From: an uncultured Planctomycetota bacterium | GTDB taxonomy: Bacteria > Planctomycetota > Planctomycetia > Isosphaerales > Isosphaeraceae | DNA length: 64,000 bases | Assembly (NCBI GenBank): GCA_963845755.1 | Contig: CAWJTV010000011.1 | Location: 1,430,028 to 1,494,027 of the forward strand | Direction of reading: 5' to 3' | Shown here: positions 43,926 to 54,043 of the stretch, piece by piece | Position numbering within the stretch: the stretch's first letter is position 1 | Layout of the letters: the number at the start of each line of letters is the position of its first letter | Translations under genes and position numbers: made by a program | The notes under the pieces: generated by a model | Database searches by the model: none | What the model saw: only the letters and a program-made list of their open reading frames with translations | Told to the model about the DNA's origin: nothing

Positions 43926-45254
43926 ATGAGCTGGATGCAGACCGAGACCCCGCCCGCAAATGGTGCCGCGTCGACGTCCCAGGAGCGGTTCCTGCGGCAC
44001 AAGAAGCAACTGCACGAGCAGTTGATCACCGGGGTGGACCTCTCGGCCATCGGCACGATGAACGAGGAGGAACTGCGGGTGGAGGTCCGGCGTGTGGCGG
44101 AAGATCTCTGCCGCTACAGCGCCGACCTGCTCAACCTGAACGAGCGAGAGCGGCTGGTCACGGAGGTGCTGGACGAGACGTTCGGCCTGGGGCCGCTCGA
44201 GCCGCTGATGCGCGACCCGACAATCACGGACATCATGGTCAACGGCCCGAAGACGGCGTACGTCGAGCGGAAGGGCCGGCTGGAGCGGGTCGAGATCGCC
44301 TTCCACGACAACCGGCATCTGGTGCAGATCATCCAGCGGATCGCGGGGCGGATCGGCCGGCGGGTGGACGAGACCAGCCCGATGGTGGATGCCCGGCTCG
44401 CCGACGGCAGCCGCGTCAACGCGGTAATCCCGCCGCTGGCGCTGGACGGGGCGCTGCTGTCGATCCGCCGGTTCGGCTCGCGTCCGCTCCTGGCGAAGGA
44501 CCTGGTGGCGAACCGGGCGATGACGCCGGAGATGATCACGTTCCTGGCGGCGTGCATCAAGGCCCGGGTGAACATCATCATCTCTGGGGGCACCGGCAGC
44601 GGCAAGACGACGCTGCTCAATGCCCTATCGTCGTACATCCCCGAGGAGGAGCGGGTGGCCACGATTGAGGACGCGGCAGAGCTGCGGCTCCAGCAGCCGC
44701 ACGTAGTCCGGATGGAGACTCGTCCTGCGAACATCGAGGGCGAGGGTGAGGTGACCACCCGCGACCTGGTTCGCAACGCGCTGCGGATGCGGCCCGACCG
44801 GATCATCATCGGCGAGTGCCGCGGGCCCGAGGCGCTCGACATGCTCCAGGCCATGAATACGGGCCACGACGGCAGCATGACCACGATCCACTCCAACGAC
44901 ACCCGCGACGCGGTCAGCCGGCTGGAGATGATGGTCGGCATGGCCGGCTTCGACCTGCCGATCTGGATCATCCGCCGCCAGATCTCTTCGGCCGTCCAGA
45001 TTATCGTCCAGGTGGCCCGTCTGACCGGCGGCATCCGCCGGCTGATCAAGATCTCGGAGGTCACCGGCATGGAGGGCGAAGTCATGAGCATGCACGACAT
45101 CTTCGGCTTCAAGCAGACCGGGGTGGACGAGCACCGGGTGGCGCAGGGGTATTTCTCATCCACCGGGATCCGGCCCCAGTGCCTGGAACGGCTGGAGGTC
45201 TCGGGCAACCGGCTTTCCGTCGAGATGTTCGAAAGGAGAATTCTCAATGTTTGA
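43926..45254 (+). CDS. tadA: Tad secretion ATPase CpaF/TadA
   Basis: [45 protein letters not shown]. Confidence 0.97.
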   Translation: MSWMQTETPPANGAASTSQERFLRHKKQLHEQLITGVDLSAIGTMNEEELRVEVRRVAEDLCRYSADLLNLNERERLVTEVLDETFGLGPLEPLMRDPTITDIMVNGPKTAYVERKGRLERVEIAFHDNRHLVQIIQRIAGRIGRRVDETSPMVDARLADGSRVNAVIPPLALDGALLSIRRFGSRPLLAKDLVANRAMTPEMITFLAACIKARVNIIISGGTGSGKTTLLNALSSYIPEEERVATIEDAAELRLQQPHVVRMETRPANIEGEGEVTTRDLVRNALRMRPDRIIIGECRGPEALDMLQAMNTGHDGSMTTIHSNDTRDAVSRLEMMVGMAGFDLPIWIIRRQISSAVQIIVQVARLTGGIRRLIKISEVTGMEGEVMSMHDIFGFKQTGVDEHRVAQGYFSSTGIRPQCLERLEVSGNRLSVEMFERRILNV

Positions 45255-45353
45255 GCTCGTATTCCTGTCGTTCTTTCCTTTGATCCTGTTGTTCGTCGTC
45301 CGTTGTGTCTGACTCTCGCTCGACCACGGACCATGAACGAAAGGACGAATGAA

Positions 45354-46316
45354 ATGACTCCCGCCCTGCTGCCCGTCCTGGCATTCGTCGCCGCGGTCAC
45401 GGCCGTGTTGGGGATCTACTCGCTGGTCTCTGACATGTACTTGCGCGATCGAGCGCGAGTGAGCAGCCGGGTCGACGAGGAGTTTCGCAAGAAGCTGAGA
45501 GCCCGGGCCAAGAAGTCGCTGTTGACGAAGGACCTCCGCGAGCTGGTGGCCACCGCGACCGCCGATGAGGAGCGGCCGACCCTGCGCCGTCGGTTCGAGG
45601 CGATGGTCGAGCAGTCGGGCCTGGACCTGACGCCCGCCCGGTTGCTGACGATCTCGGCGGTCGCCGCGCTGACGCTAGGAGGTCTGGGCGGCCTGGTCCG
45701 GCACAACATCCTGGTGGCCGTTGTCGGTGCGGTGCTGGGCGGGGTCGTGCCGGTGGCCTACGTCCATTTCAAGCGGAGCCAGCGTCGGGACAAGCTCCTG
45801 TCGCAGCTCCCCGACGCGTTCGACCTGATGTCGCGGATCATCCGGGCAGGGCAGACGATGGCCCAGGCCTTCCAGGCGGTCGCGGACGAGTTCGCGCCGC
45901 CTATTGCCGGCGAGTTCGCATTCTGCTACGAGCAGCAGAACCTCGGCCTCCCCCCCGAGACGGCAATGCGGGAGCTGTCCCGGCGCACCGGCCTGCTCGA
46001 GCTGAAGATCTTCGTGACGGCCTTGCTGGTTCAGCAGCAGACCGGTGGCAACCTCGCCGAGATGCTCGACAAGCTTTCCAGCATCATCCGCGAGCGGTAC
46101 AAGCTGCGCGGCAAGATCAAGGCGCTGACGGCCGAGGGCCGGTTCCAGGGGATCATCCTGCTCGGGCTCCCCCCGGCGCTCTTCCTGATGATGATGGGCC
46201 TGAACCGTCAATACGCCGGCATCCTGCTGGAGAACTCCTGGCTGTTGTGGGCGATGGTGATCAGCGAGACGTTCGGCGCGATCTGGATCCGCAAGATCAT
46301 CAACTTCGATTTCTGA
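45354..46316 (+). CDS. tadB: TadB platform protein
   Basis: [36 protein letters not shown]. Confidence 0.95.
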   Translation: MTPALLPVLAFVAAVTAVLGIYSLVSDMYLRDRARVSSRVDEEFRKKLRARAKKSLLTKDLRELVATATADEERPTLRRRFEAMVEQSGLDLTPARLLTISAVAALTLGGLGGLVRHNILVAVVGAVLGGVVPVAYVHFKRSQRRDKLLSQLPDAFDLMSRIIRAGQTMAQAFQAVADEFAPPIAGEFAFCYEQQNLGLPPETAMRELSRRTGLLELKIFVTALLVQQQTGGNLAEMLDKLSSIIRERYKLRGKIKALTAEGRFQGIILLGLPPALFLMMMGLNRQYAGILLENSWLLWAMVISETFGAIWIRKIINFDF

Positions 46317-46334
46317 CGAGGGAGGTGCTCGGCG

Positions 46335-47270
46335 ATGCCTGCCAACGGGATCGTGACCCTGACGGCGTTCCTCGCGGCCAGCAGCCTGGTGCTGATGGTC
46401 TCGCTGATGCTGGGCGACCGCTCTGGCCGACTCGAATCGCGCCTGAAGGAGCTCTCCGGCCAGGGCGGGGCCGGTCCGACCTCTCCCGACCGGGCTTCGA
46501 TCACCAAGCTCGCAGAGACCACCCTGCCCAGGATCGGGACCCCGTTCGTCCCCAGCGACGAGGAGGAGCGGACCAGGCTCCAGACCCGGTTGATCCACGC
46601 CGGGCTCTACAGCCGGCAGGCCATGGTCGTGTTCCTGGGATTGAAGGTCTTCTTGATGTTCGCGCCGACGATGCTTGGCGCGGTCGCGGGCATGCTCGGC
46701 CTGGTGACGATGCAGACGGGATTGCTGGTCGGCGCGTGCTGCGGGATCCTCGGGATGATCGGCCCGAGCTTCTGGCTCGATCAGACGAAGTCGAAGCGGC
46801 AGTCGAGTTTCCGCCGGGCGCTGCCCGACGCCCTCGACCTGCTGGTGATCTGCTTGGAGGGCGGACTGAGCCTGACCGGTGCCCTGAGGCGGATGGGCGG
46901 CGAGTTGCGTACGGCCCACCCCATGCTCGCCGCTGAGTTGCACATCGTCCAGCGCGAGGTCCAGCTCGGGCGTACGACCGGCGATGCCTTGAGGAAGCTG
47001 GGCGAGCGCGCCGACCTCGAGGAGATCCGCAGCCTGGCCTCGGTCATCATCCAGGCCGAGAAGTATGGGGCCAGCCTGGTCAAGTCGCTGCGCGTCCACT
47101 CGGAAATGATCCGCGTCAAGCGGATGCAGCAGGCCGAGGAGAGGGCGCAGAAAGCGGCGACCAAGGTGCTGTTCCCCACAATCCTGTTCATCTTGCCAGC
47201 GATGTTCGTTGTGATCCTCGGGCCGGCGCTCATCCATGTGGCGCAAATCTTCGGGAGGCTGGGCTTTTGA
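46335..47270 (+). CDS. tadC: TadC platform protein
   Basis: LPDALDLLVICLEGG, QAEKYGAS, AEERAQKA..K.LFP. Confidence 0.95.
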   Translation: MPANGIVTLTAFLAASSLVLMVSLMLGDRSGRLESRLKELSGQGGAGPTSPDRASITKLAETTLPRIGTPFVPSDEEERTRLQTRLIHAGLYSRQAMVVFLGLKVFLMFAPTMLGAVAGMLGLVTMQTGLLVGACCGILGMIGPSFWLDQTKSKRQSSFRRALPDALDLLVICLEGGLSLTGALRRMGGELRTAHPMLAAELHIVQREVQLGRTTGDALRKLGERADLEEIRSLASVIIQAEKYGASLVKSLRVHSEMIRVKRMQQAEERAQKAATKVLFPTILFILPAMFVVILGPALIHVAQIFGRLGF

Positions 47271-47480
47271 GACGGCGCGGGTGCGTGATCCGCAGGTCCT
47301 TTCGGGGCCCAAGACATGAGGCGACAGGGCGAGCCGCCCGAGGTCGCGGCCCTGAAGGCTCGATGGTGCTGGTGGGTCGAGCTCCATGCACATCGGAGGC
47401 GGGGCCGCCGCCGAGTTGAACCCGCACTATTTTAAATTGATCTATCATGCTAAACCCCGAGGGTACAGGGGAGGTCTCGC

Positions 47481-47957
47481 GTGCGGATTAAGCAACGATC
47501 GCGGTTCCGGAGCCGTCGCCGGGGGGCGACTGCGGCTGAGCTGGCCATTATCCTGCCCCTGTTCGTGACGATCGTCCTGGGCGCCGTCGACTTCGGTCGG
47601 TTCGCCTACACCCATATCGCTGTCTCGAACGCGGCACGGGCAGCGGCGTCCTATGCGATGATGAACCCGCCGGACGACATCGCGTCTCCCTCGACGAACT
47701 GGCAGGGCTCGGTCACGCAGCGCGCCGCGAACGAGATGTCCGGGCAGCCGGGGTTCCAGTCGGGCAGCCTGATTACCAGCGTGTCGATTGCCAGTGGCGA
47801 TGAATCCCCCTATAGCACGTGGCGGTTCACCACCACCGCCAGCTATCCGTTCCAGACGCTCATCCCCTGGAACGTGAGCATATTCGGTAGCACGCTGGGC
47901 ATCCCGAGCGACCTGACCCTATCGACGACGGTCACGATGCGCGGCATCCGGCCCTAG
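47481..47957 (+). CDS. tadE: TadE-like pseudopilin
   Basis: RRG/ATAAELAIILP..GAVDFGR..NAARAAA. Confidence 0.9.
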   Translation: MRIKQRSRFRSRRRGATAAELAIILPLFVTIVLGAVDFGRFAYTHIAVSNAARAAASYAMMNPPDDIASPSTNWQGSVTQRAANEMSGQPGFQSGSLITSVSIASGDESPYSTWRFTTTASYPFQTLIPWNVSIFGSTLGIPSDLTLSTTVTMRGIRP

Positions 47958-48001
47958 CGGCCGGAGCCTATCAAGGCCCGGGGACGATCGGAGAGTCCGT
48001 C

Positions 48002-48502
48002 ATGTGTCCGCGATCGAAGCGAACGAACCACCGGGGTGCCTCTTTGGTCGAGACGGTGCTCGCGAGCGCCGTCTTCGTGACCATGGCGCTGGGCATGGTC
48101 GACCTGGGGGTGGGCGTCTTCCAGAATCACCTGGTGTCCGAGGCCTCCCGCCAGGGGGCCCGGATCGCCAGCGTCCATGGCTCGCTGGCCCCGCCCGGCT
48201 GGAACGGCGGTCCCTGGGGAACGACCGCCTACTCCGGGGCCGGCAATTCGACCGATACCATTCCGACGATGATCCGCAACACGGGCGCGCTGGTCGGCCT
48301 TGACGCCGCGAACGTGACCATCTCGGTCTCGTGGCCCGACGGCAGCAACGTCGCCAGCCCCCCCTCCTACACCAACGTCAATCCCGGGACCAACCGCGTC
48401 CAGGTCACGGTGAGCACCACCTGGACGCCGACTCTCGGCTTCATCCTCGGGAATAACGTGCAAACGCTGAGCGCGACCTCCGTCATGCCCATCGCCCACT
48501 GA
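48002..48502 (+). CDS. tadE: TadE/TadF-like pseudopilin
   Basis: RG/ASLVETVL..GMVDLG..ASRQGARIASVHG. Confidence 0.88.
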   Translation: MCPRSKRTNHRGASLVETVLASAVFVTMALGMVDLGVGVFQNHLVSEASRQGARIASVHGSLAPPGWNGGPWGTTAYSGAGNSTDTIPTMIRNTGALVGLDAANVTISVSWPDGSNVASPPSYTNVNPGTNRVQVTVSTTWTPTLGFILGNNVQTLSATSVMPIAH

Positions 48503-48515
48503 AGAGAGGAGCCCC

Positions 48516-49886
48516 ATGAGACGACGACACCCCCTCCGGCAGGCCGGTTCCGGGCGGACGGGCAAGGTCCTGGTCATGTTCGTTCTCCTCATGTCGGTGC
48601 TGCTCGGCATCGTCGGCTTGACGGTCGACGGCGGCCTGATGCTGGTCATTTATCGCCAGACGCAGAATGCCGCCGACGCCGCCGCCCTGGCCGCCGCCGT
48701 CGATATCCTCAATGGCGCCACGGTCGCCTCCGCCAAGGCCACGGGTCAGACTTACGTCCAGATTTATAACAACATGTCCAACGCGACGGTGACCATCAAC
48801 ATCCCCCCCGCCTCCGGCCCGCACTCCGGCAGCAGCCAGTACGCCGAGGCCATCGTCAACTACCCTTTCCAGACCTCGTTCATCCAGGTCGTGGGCGTCA
48901 ACGCGAGCCAGACCGTGACGGCCCGCGCCGTCGCAGGCTACGAGATCGTGACGGCGGGGGAGGGCGTCATGACCCTGGGCAGGAACCCGTCGGGCGGAAC
49001 GGGCCTGCAAATCGGCGGCGGTGCCAGCCTGAGCGTCCAGGGCGGAGTCGTCGTCGATGCGATCGGTACGTCGGCCCTGTACGTTACCGGCGGCGGCACC
49101 CTCTCGGCCCAGCGAGTGAGCGTATCCGGGGGGACTTCCGGGAGCTCGAGTGTCCAGAGCTATCCGAGTGGCGGCGGTCCCTGCCCCCTGGTTGATAACA
49201 CCGGGGTCGACGTACCTGACCCGTTCGCTAACCTGGCGGCGCCGAGCACGTCCAGCCCGGGCGTGTATACGGTCGTCAACAGCTCCAATCCCTCGGGGAA
49301 CGATCCCCCGACTCCCACCGGAGTCATCAGAGTCAGGGATGGCCAGACCCAGACCGTCTACCCGGGAATCTATTCGCATATCCGTATTACGGGTGGGACC
49401 GTCACTTTCGAACCCGGTATCTACGTCGTCACGGGCGGGAGGACCAATGCCATCAACATCACCGGCGGCACGGTCACCGGCACCGGCGTTATGTTCTACG
49501 ACACCGCGAGCAATTATGATCCGTCCACGGGGACCGACGACGGGAAGGGGGCTTCCACGTTCGGCGGCATCAACATCAGCGGCAGCGGCGTCGCTCTGAG
49601 CGGACTCGATGATCCGACCAGCCCGTACAACGGCATGCTGTTCTTCATGGATCGGTCGAACACGGGCACGCTCACGTCTTTCATCAGCATCCAGGGGGGC
49701 AGTGGCGGGGCCACGGTCACCGGCACGACTTATGCCCCTACCGCCAACCTCTCGATCTCGGGCTCGGGGAAGTGGAACTCCCAATTCTTGGTCAATTCCA
49801 TGAGCATCAGCGGCGGGGGTACGGTCACGATCCAGTACAGCGGTCAGAACCAGGGCCTGGCCCCGGAGGTCTTCCTTGTGGAATGA
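48516..49886 (+). CDS. tadG: TadG-like pilus-associated adhesin
   Basis: G/KVLVMFVLL..GLTVDGG..QNAADAAALAAA; Gly/Thr/Ser-rich C-domain (DPFANL, PGIY, G..YAPTA). Confidence 0.85.
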   Translation: MRRRHPLRQAGSGRTGKVLVMFVLLMSVLLGIVGLTVDGGLMLVIYRQTQNAADAAALAAAVDILNGATVASAKATGQTYVQIYNNMSNATVTINIPPASGPHSGSSQYAEAIVNYPFQTSFIQVVGVNASQTVTARAVAGYEIVTAGEGVMTLGRNPSGGTGLQIGGGASLSVQGGVVVDAIGTSALYVTGGGTLSAQRVSVSGGTSGSSSVQSYPSGGGPCPLVDNTGVDVPDPFANLAAPSTSSPGVYTVVNSSNPSGNDPPTPTGVIRVRDGQTQTVYPGIYSHIRITGGTVTFEPGIYVVTGGRTNAINITGGTVTGTGVMFYDTASNYDPSTGTDDGKGASTFGGINISGSGVALSGLDDPTSPYNGMLFFMDRSNTGTLTSFISIQGGSGGATVTGTTYAPTANLSISGSGKWNSQFLVNSMSISGGGTVTIQYSGQNQGLAPEVFLVE

Positions 49887-50102
49887 TGCGGCTGCCTTCC
49901 GCCCAGACCGCGGCCCCGACAGCTCCTCCGCGATGGGAGGGGAGCCGGCTCTCCCCCGACCCGATGGCGAGGGACGATGAGCCCTCGAGGTCGACGACGA
50001 CGTGATGCACCTCGCCTGGGCCGGCTCCTTCGGATCCGGCTAGAAGGCGAGTTGACCGACCTCGACCGCCGAAGCCGGGGCGGCGATGGCGCGTGCCCCC
50101 CC

Positions 50103-51425
50103 TCAACGTCTCCGGATCGCCAGGACATGTCCCAGGGCGACCCCCAGTCCGAAGAGGGCCAGCACGAACAGCAGGATGGTGAGGGCGAATGCCGGCAGCC
50201 GCGCGGCGACGAACCGGGCGCAGTCCGACCAGGTCGCCATCACCGGGCCCGGGAGGTCGCCGGCCTCCGGGGCGGAGGGGCTGCCGGTCGAGAATCGGCC
50301 CGGCGCAGCCACGGGCCGGGGGACCGATCGCTCGGGCGATGGCCCCGGCATCGGACGGGGCGCGGGATGTACTCCGACCTCCTGGCCCGCCAGGGCCTGC
50401 AGCGCGCCGGCAGCCTCGGCGGCCGTCTGGAAGCGATCTTCGGGCCGGCGGGCCATGAGCTTCTCCAACACCTGGACCAGGCTCGGGCTCAGGTCGCCGC
50501 GGAAGTCCGTGATTGGAGCCGATGCGCCCGTGACCCGAAGAGCGATGCATTCCGCGACCGTCACGCCGGGGAAGGGCAGTCGGCCGCTCAGCAGTTGATA
50601 CATAGTGCATCCCAGGCTGAACAGGTCGCTCCGGCCATCCATGTTGAGCGCCACGGCCTGCTCGGGCGACATGTAATGGACCGTACCGACGATCTGGCCG
50701 GCGGCGGTCACGAATGTGGCGGCGTTGTCCGCTTCCATCAGGGCGCTCAGACCCAGGTCGAGGACCTTGATCTGGCCCTCCTCACTTAGCAGGAGGTTGG
50801 CCGGCTTGATGTCGCGGTGGACGATCCCGCGCTCGTGGGCGTGGGCTAGGCCCAGGGCGGCCTGGGCCATGTAATCGACTACCACGTGGTCCGGCAGCGG
50901 GCCCCGGTCATTCATCACGTGGTCCAGGCTCCGACCGGCGACATACTCCATGACAATGTAGAGCAGCTCGCCGATCTGGTCGGCGTCGAAGGCTCGGATT
51001 ACATTCGGGTGGTCCAGCCGGCCGATCAGCCGCATCTCCCGATGGAACCGGGCGATCGAACTGGCTCGGGACGCGATCTGGGGGGCGATGACCTTGAGCG
51101 CGGCCAGGCGGCCCATGAGGCGATGTTGCGCCTTGAAGACTCGGCTCCGGCCCCCTTCCCCCAGGCGATCGAGGATCACATAGCGTCCCACGATCAGCCC
51201 GAAGGTTTTGCCCTTCAGGAGGCGATCGGCCTGGAACTCCGTGAGGATCCCCTCGGCGACCAGGCGGTCGGCCAGGGCCCGCGTTTCGGTAGGGTACTCG
51301 CCGGCGCGCACCCTGGCGCCGACCTCCTCGAGCGGTCGATCACTCAGGACGCCCGAGCGCCGGATCAGGTCCAAGAAGTCGGGAGGCTCGGCCTCCGGTG
51401 ATTGCGGCCGGTCGGGGATCTCCAT
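50103..51425 (-). CDS. Hanks-type Ser/Thr protein kinase with C-terminal TM
   Basis: LGEGG, AALK, HRDIKPAN, DLG, YMSPEQ, SDLFSLG. Confidence 0.95.
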   Translation of the reverse strand: MEIPDRPQSPEAEPPDFLDLIRRSGVLSDRPLEEVGARVRAGEYPTETRALADRLVAEGILTEFQADRLLKGKTFGLIVGRYVILDRLGEGGRSRVFKAQHRLMGRLAALKVIAPQIASRASSIARFHREMRLIGRLDHPNVIRAFDADQIGELLYIVMEYVAGRSLDHVMNDRGPLPDHVVVDYMAQAALGLAHAHERGIVHRDIKPANLLLSEEGQIKVLDLGLSALMEADNAATFVTAAGQIVGTVHYMSPEQAVALNMDGRSDLFSLGCTMYQLLSGRLPFPGVTVAECIALRVTGASAPITDFRGDLSPSLVQVLEKLMARRPEDRFQTAAEAAGALQALAGQEVGVHPAPRPMPGPSPERSVPRPVAAPGRFSTGSPSAPEAGDLPGPVMATWSDCARFVAARLPAFALTILLFVLALFGLGVALGHVLAIRRR

Positions 51426-51704
51426 GCTTGCAACTCCCGTCGCCTCGCGGGCGGGCAGGGATGAGGGTTCTGCAGGTCTATCCAGCCGCTTAGGGGCCGC
51501 GCGAAGTCCCATCTGTCGTCCGAGGAGCCCAACCGGCGCCGATACACCGGATCCGGCTCGCCGAACCCGCCCCGCCGAGATGGTCGGTACCCCCTAAGAT
51601 GGCTTGTCGATCGCGACACTACATGCGATGCTAGTGTGGCAGACCTTTAATTAAGAGTATCATCTCCCGGAGATGACGATCACCCTTCACGGCCTTGTCC
51701 TGCG

Positions 51705-53591
51705 ATGGCGATCATGGCGGCACATCAACCCGGATTTCTCCAGCCAATAGACCATGGCAACGGGAGCCCGGAAGCCTGGCACGGTGTCCCCGCGCCGGAC
51801 CCGAACCGGGTCGTGATCGAATCCGGCAGAGCATCCTCCGAGAGTCGGATCGTCCCTCCAATCCCGGGCCAGATGAACGAGCCGGGACGGGCGGTCGAAC
51901 CAGGATCGGGGCCGGTACCTGGACCGGGAGCCTCGGATAACACCTCGACCCTGGTGCTCGGAACCGCCGACCGATGCCGGTTGCTCGCCGCGGTCGCGAA
52001 GGATCCTGCCTCGTCTGAAGTGGGCTTCCCGGAGGGGCCCGCGGAGCCGGAGGCTTGGGACGGCCCCTCGTCGTCGGCGAGCGGTTCGCTCCTGGGCCAG
52101 CTCGGCCGGGCCACCGGCGGGCCGCAAGCCTCGCCCCCGTCGGACGCGGCCCCGGAGAGCATCCCCGTCGAGCTCCCCAAGCAATTCGGTCGCTACCGGA
52201 TCCTTGAGCAACTCGGCAAGGGGGCGATGGGGTCGATCTACCTGGCACAGGATACGCAGCTCGGCCGGCGGGTGGCCCTGAAGGTCCCTCATCTGCACGG
52301 CAACGGCGCGGCGCCTGATGTCAACTCTCTGGAACGATTCTACCACGAGGCCCGCGCCGCGGCAGCCCTCGACCATCCCAATCTCTGCCCGGTCTACGAC
52401 GTGGGCCAGATCGACGGGATCCCCTACCTGTCCATGGCCTACATCAAGGGCCGGCCCCTCTCGAAGTACATTCGAAGGGATCGGCCGATGCCGCAGCGGC
52501 GGGTGGCCAGCATGGTGCGCAAGCTGGCACAAGCCTTGGAGGAGGCCCACTACAATGGCGTGGTCCATCGCGACCTCAAGCCGTCGAACATCATGGTCAA
52601 CGACCGCGGTGACTTGATCATCGTGGACTTCGGGCTGGTCTGGCGCATCGGCGCGCGGAGCGAGCGGCTGACTCGGGTCGGTCTGGTGGTGGGTACGCCG
52701 CTGTATATGTCGCCCGAGCAGGCCTCTGGCAAGGTGGAGGACATCGGACCAGGCTGCGACATCTACAGCCTGGGCGTGATTCTGTATGAACTGCTGACCG
52801 GACACCCCCCTTTCGAGGGCTCCGAGGCGATCGTCCTGGGGCAGGTCCTCTTCGTCGAGCCCCCGCCGCCGTCGAGGTACCGCATCGACCTCGACCCCCG
52901 CCTCGAGGCCATCTGCCTGAAGGCGATCGCCAAGGGCCTCGACCGCCGGTTCGCGACCATGGGCGAACTCGCCATGGCGCTGGGCGACTACCTCCGCTCC
53001 GCGGAGGGCGCCCCGAGCCTGATCGACGACCACCCGCCTGGGGATCCAAACGGCGTCGCCGCCGCGGGCCCTCCCGAGGTCGCCGAGAGGGCCGCCCCCG
53101 AGCCGTTTCCCCGACCCGACCCGGCTGCGGAGGACGAACCCATCGGCCCGGAGCTGACCATCGAGGTGCCCGAATCGGGGACCCTGTGGAAGAGCTGGCG
53201 CCAGTGGACCGCGATCATCGAACACTTCGCGCAGGACAAATCCCACATTCACGTAAACAAGCAATCGTATGATAAATTATACAGAACACTTATCGCGGCT
53301 TGCCGGGGCCGCGCCGCGAAGGCCCAGGGTCCGAGGCGGGAGTTCTACCGGAGGCTCACGGACCTTGTCATCCCCTGGATGACCCCCATGGTCCTCGAGT
53401 TGACGGATCGGGAGATCCTCTTCAGCGTGCTCTCGTATTGTCGCCAATTCGAGCAGGAGCTCCTCGACCCGACGGAGCTCCCGCCCGAGCCTGAGGATGG
53501 GGCCACGAACCGATCCGGCTGGTGGCTGGCTCTGGTCCTGCTTTTGGGGTCGTTCGTCGTGGCGCTGATCGGGACCTATTGGGCCTTGTGA
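51705..53591 (+). CDS. Hanks-type Ser/Thr protein kinase with unknown helical C-domain and TM
   Basis: LGKGAMG, VALK, HRDLKPSN, DFG, GTPLYMSPEQ, DIYSLG. Confidence 0.95.
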   Translation: MAIMAAHQPGFLQPIDHGNGSPEAWHGVPAPDPNRVVIESGRASSESRIVPPIPGQMNEPGRAVEPGSGPVPGPGASDNTSTLVLGTADRCRLLAAVAKDPASSEVGFPEGPAEPEAWDGPSSSASGSLLGQLGRATGGPQASPPSDAAPESIPVELPKQFGRYRILEQLGKGAMGSIYLAQDTQLGRRVALKVPHLHGNGAAPDVNSLERFYHEARAAAALDHPNLCPVYDVGQIDGIPYLSMAYIKGRPLSKYIRRDRPMPQRRVASMVRKLAQALEEAHYNGVVHRDLKPSNIMVNDRGDLIIVDFGLVWRIGARSERLTRVGLVVGTPLYMSPEQASGKVEDIGPGCDIYSLGVILYELLTGHPPFEGSEAIVLGQVLFVEPPPPSRYRIDLDPRLEAICLKAIAKGLDRRFATMGELAMALGDYLRSAEGAPSLIDDHPPGDPNGVAAAGPPEVAERAAPEPFPRPDPAAEDEPIGPELTIEVPESGTLWKSWRQWTAIIEHFAQDKSHIHVNKQSYDKLYRTLIAACRGRAAKAQGPRREFYRRLTDLVIPWMTPMVLELTDREILFSVLSYCRQFEQELLDPTELPPEPEDGATNRSGWWLALVLLLGSFVVALIGTYWAL

Positions 53592-53813
53592 GGCCTCAGG
53601 GCCGGCTCGGCCCTGAGGTCGTGGCGCAGGGCGGCGAGCGACCGAGGTGTGCGGCGGTGGCAGTCGCGCCCGGTGGGAAGACCGCCCCCGAAGCCGAGAT
53701 GAGCCGGGAGCCCGAAGACCTCCAAGAACGAGCAGGGCCGCCCATTTGCGGCACGGGCCTTCCGGGGCGAAACCTAACCATCTAGTTGGCGTAAGGCATT
53801 GATGCGAAAGTAA

Positions 53814-53836
53814 CTGGGGATCTAGGATTCGAACCT
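53814..53836 (-). mobile_element. Displaced tRNA 3'-end fragment (Gln-like), probable att site of an integrated island
   Basis: Minus strand reads AGGTTCGAATCCTAGATCCCCAG (T-loop plus acceptor strand) with no 5' half. Flanked by GGTTGCAA-N10-TTGCAACC and a TGCACCCAA direct repeat. Confidence 0.7.
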
Positions 53837-53966
53837 GGATTGCCCAACCCGCACTCACATTGGGGTTGCAAGTCAATGGCATTGCAACCTCTTCAAGATC
53901 TACGCCTTATGCCCCAGACCAGGCTTCACCTGCATTTTAGCGACGTGGGGTTTACACTTACAATAC

Positions 53967-53986
53967 TGCACCCAATTTGCACCCAA
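53967..53986. repeat. TGCACCCAA direct repeat (11-bp period), possible integrase arm sites
   Basis: Copies at 53967-53975 and 53978-53986, about 130 bp inside the att fragment. Confidence 0.5.
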
Positions 53987-54043
53987 CGGGGAGATAGGTA
54001 AGGGATCGAGGCTGAGCCGCTAAGCCTCGCCGGTTATGAGGTC

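Noticed and set aside
45675..47393. 572-aa minus-strand ORF, and similar long antisense ORFs such as 9311..10798 and 51687..53264
   Set aside because: Antisense shadows of clear genes, expected in high-GC DNA.
51600..51616. Sigma-54 promoter TGGCTTGTCGATCGC upstream of the second kinase
   Set aside because: Spacing fits but the match is too weak in GC-rich DNA to call.
53790..53900. Intact tRNA gene
   Set aside because: Only the T-loop and 3' acceptor strand are present; no 5' half can be folded.
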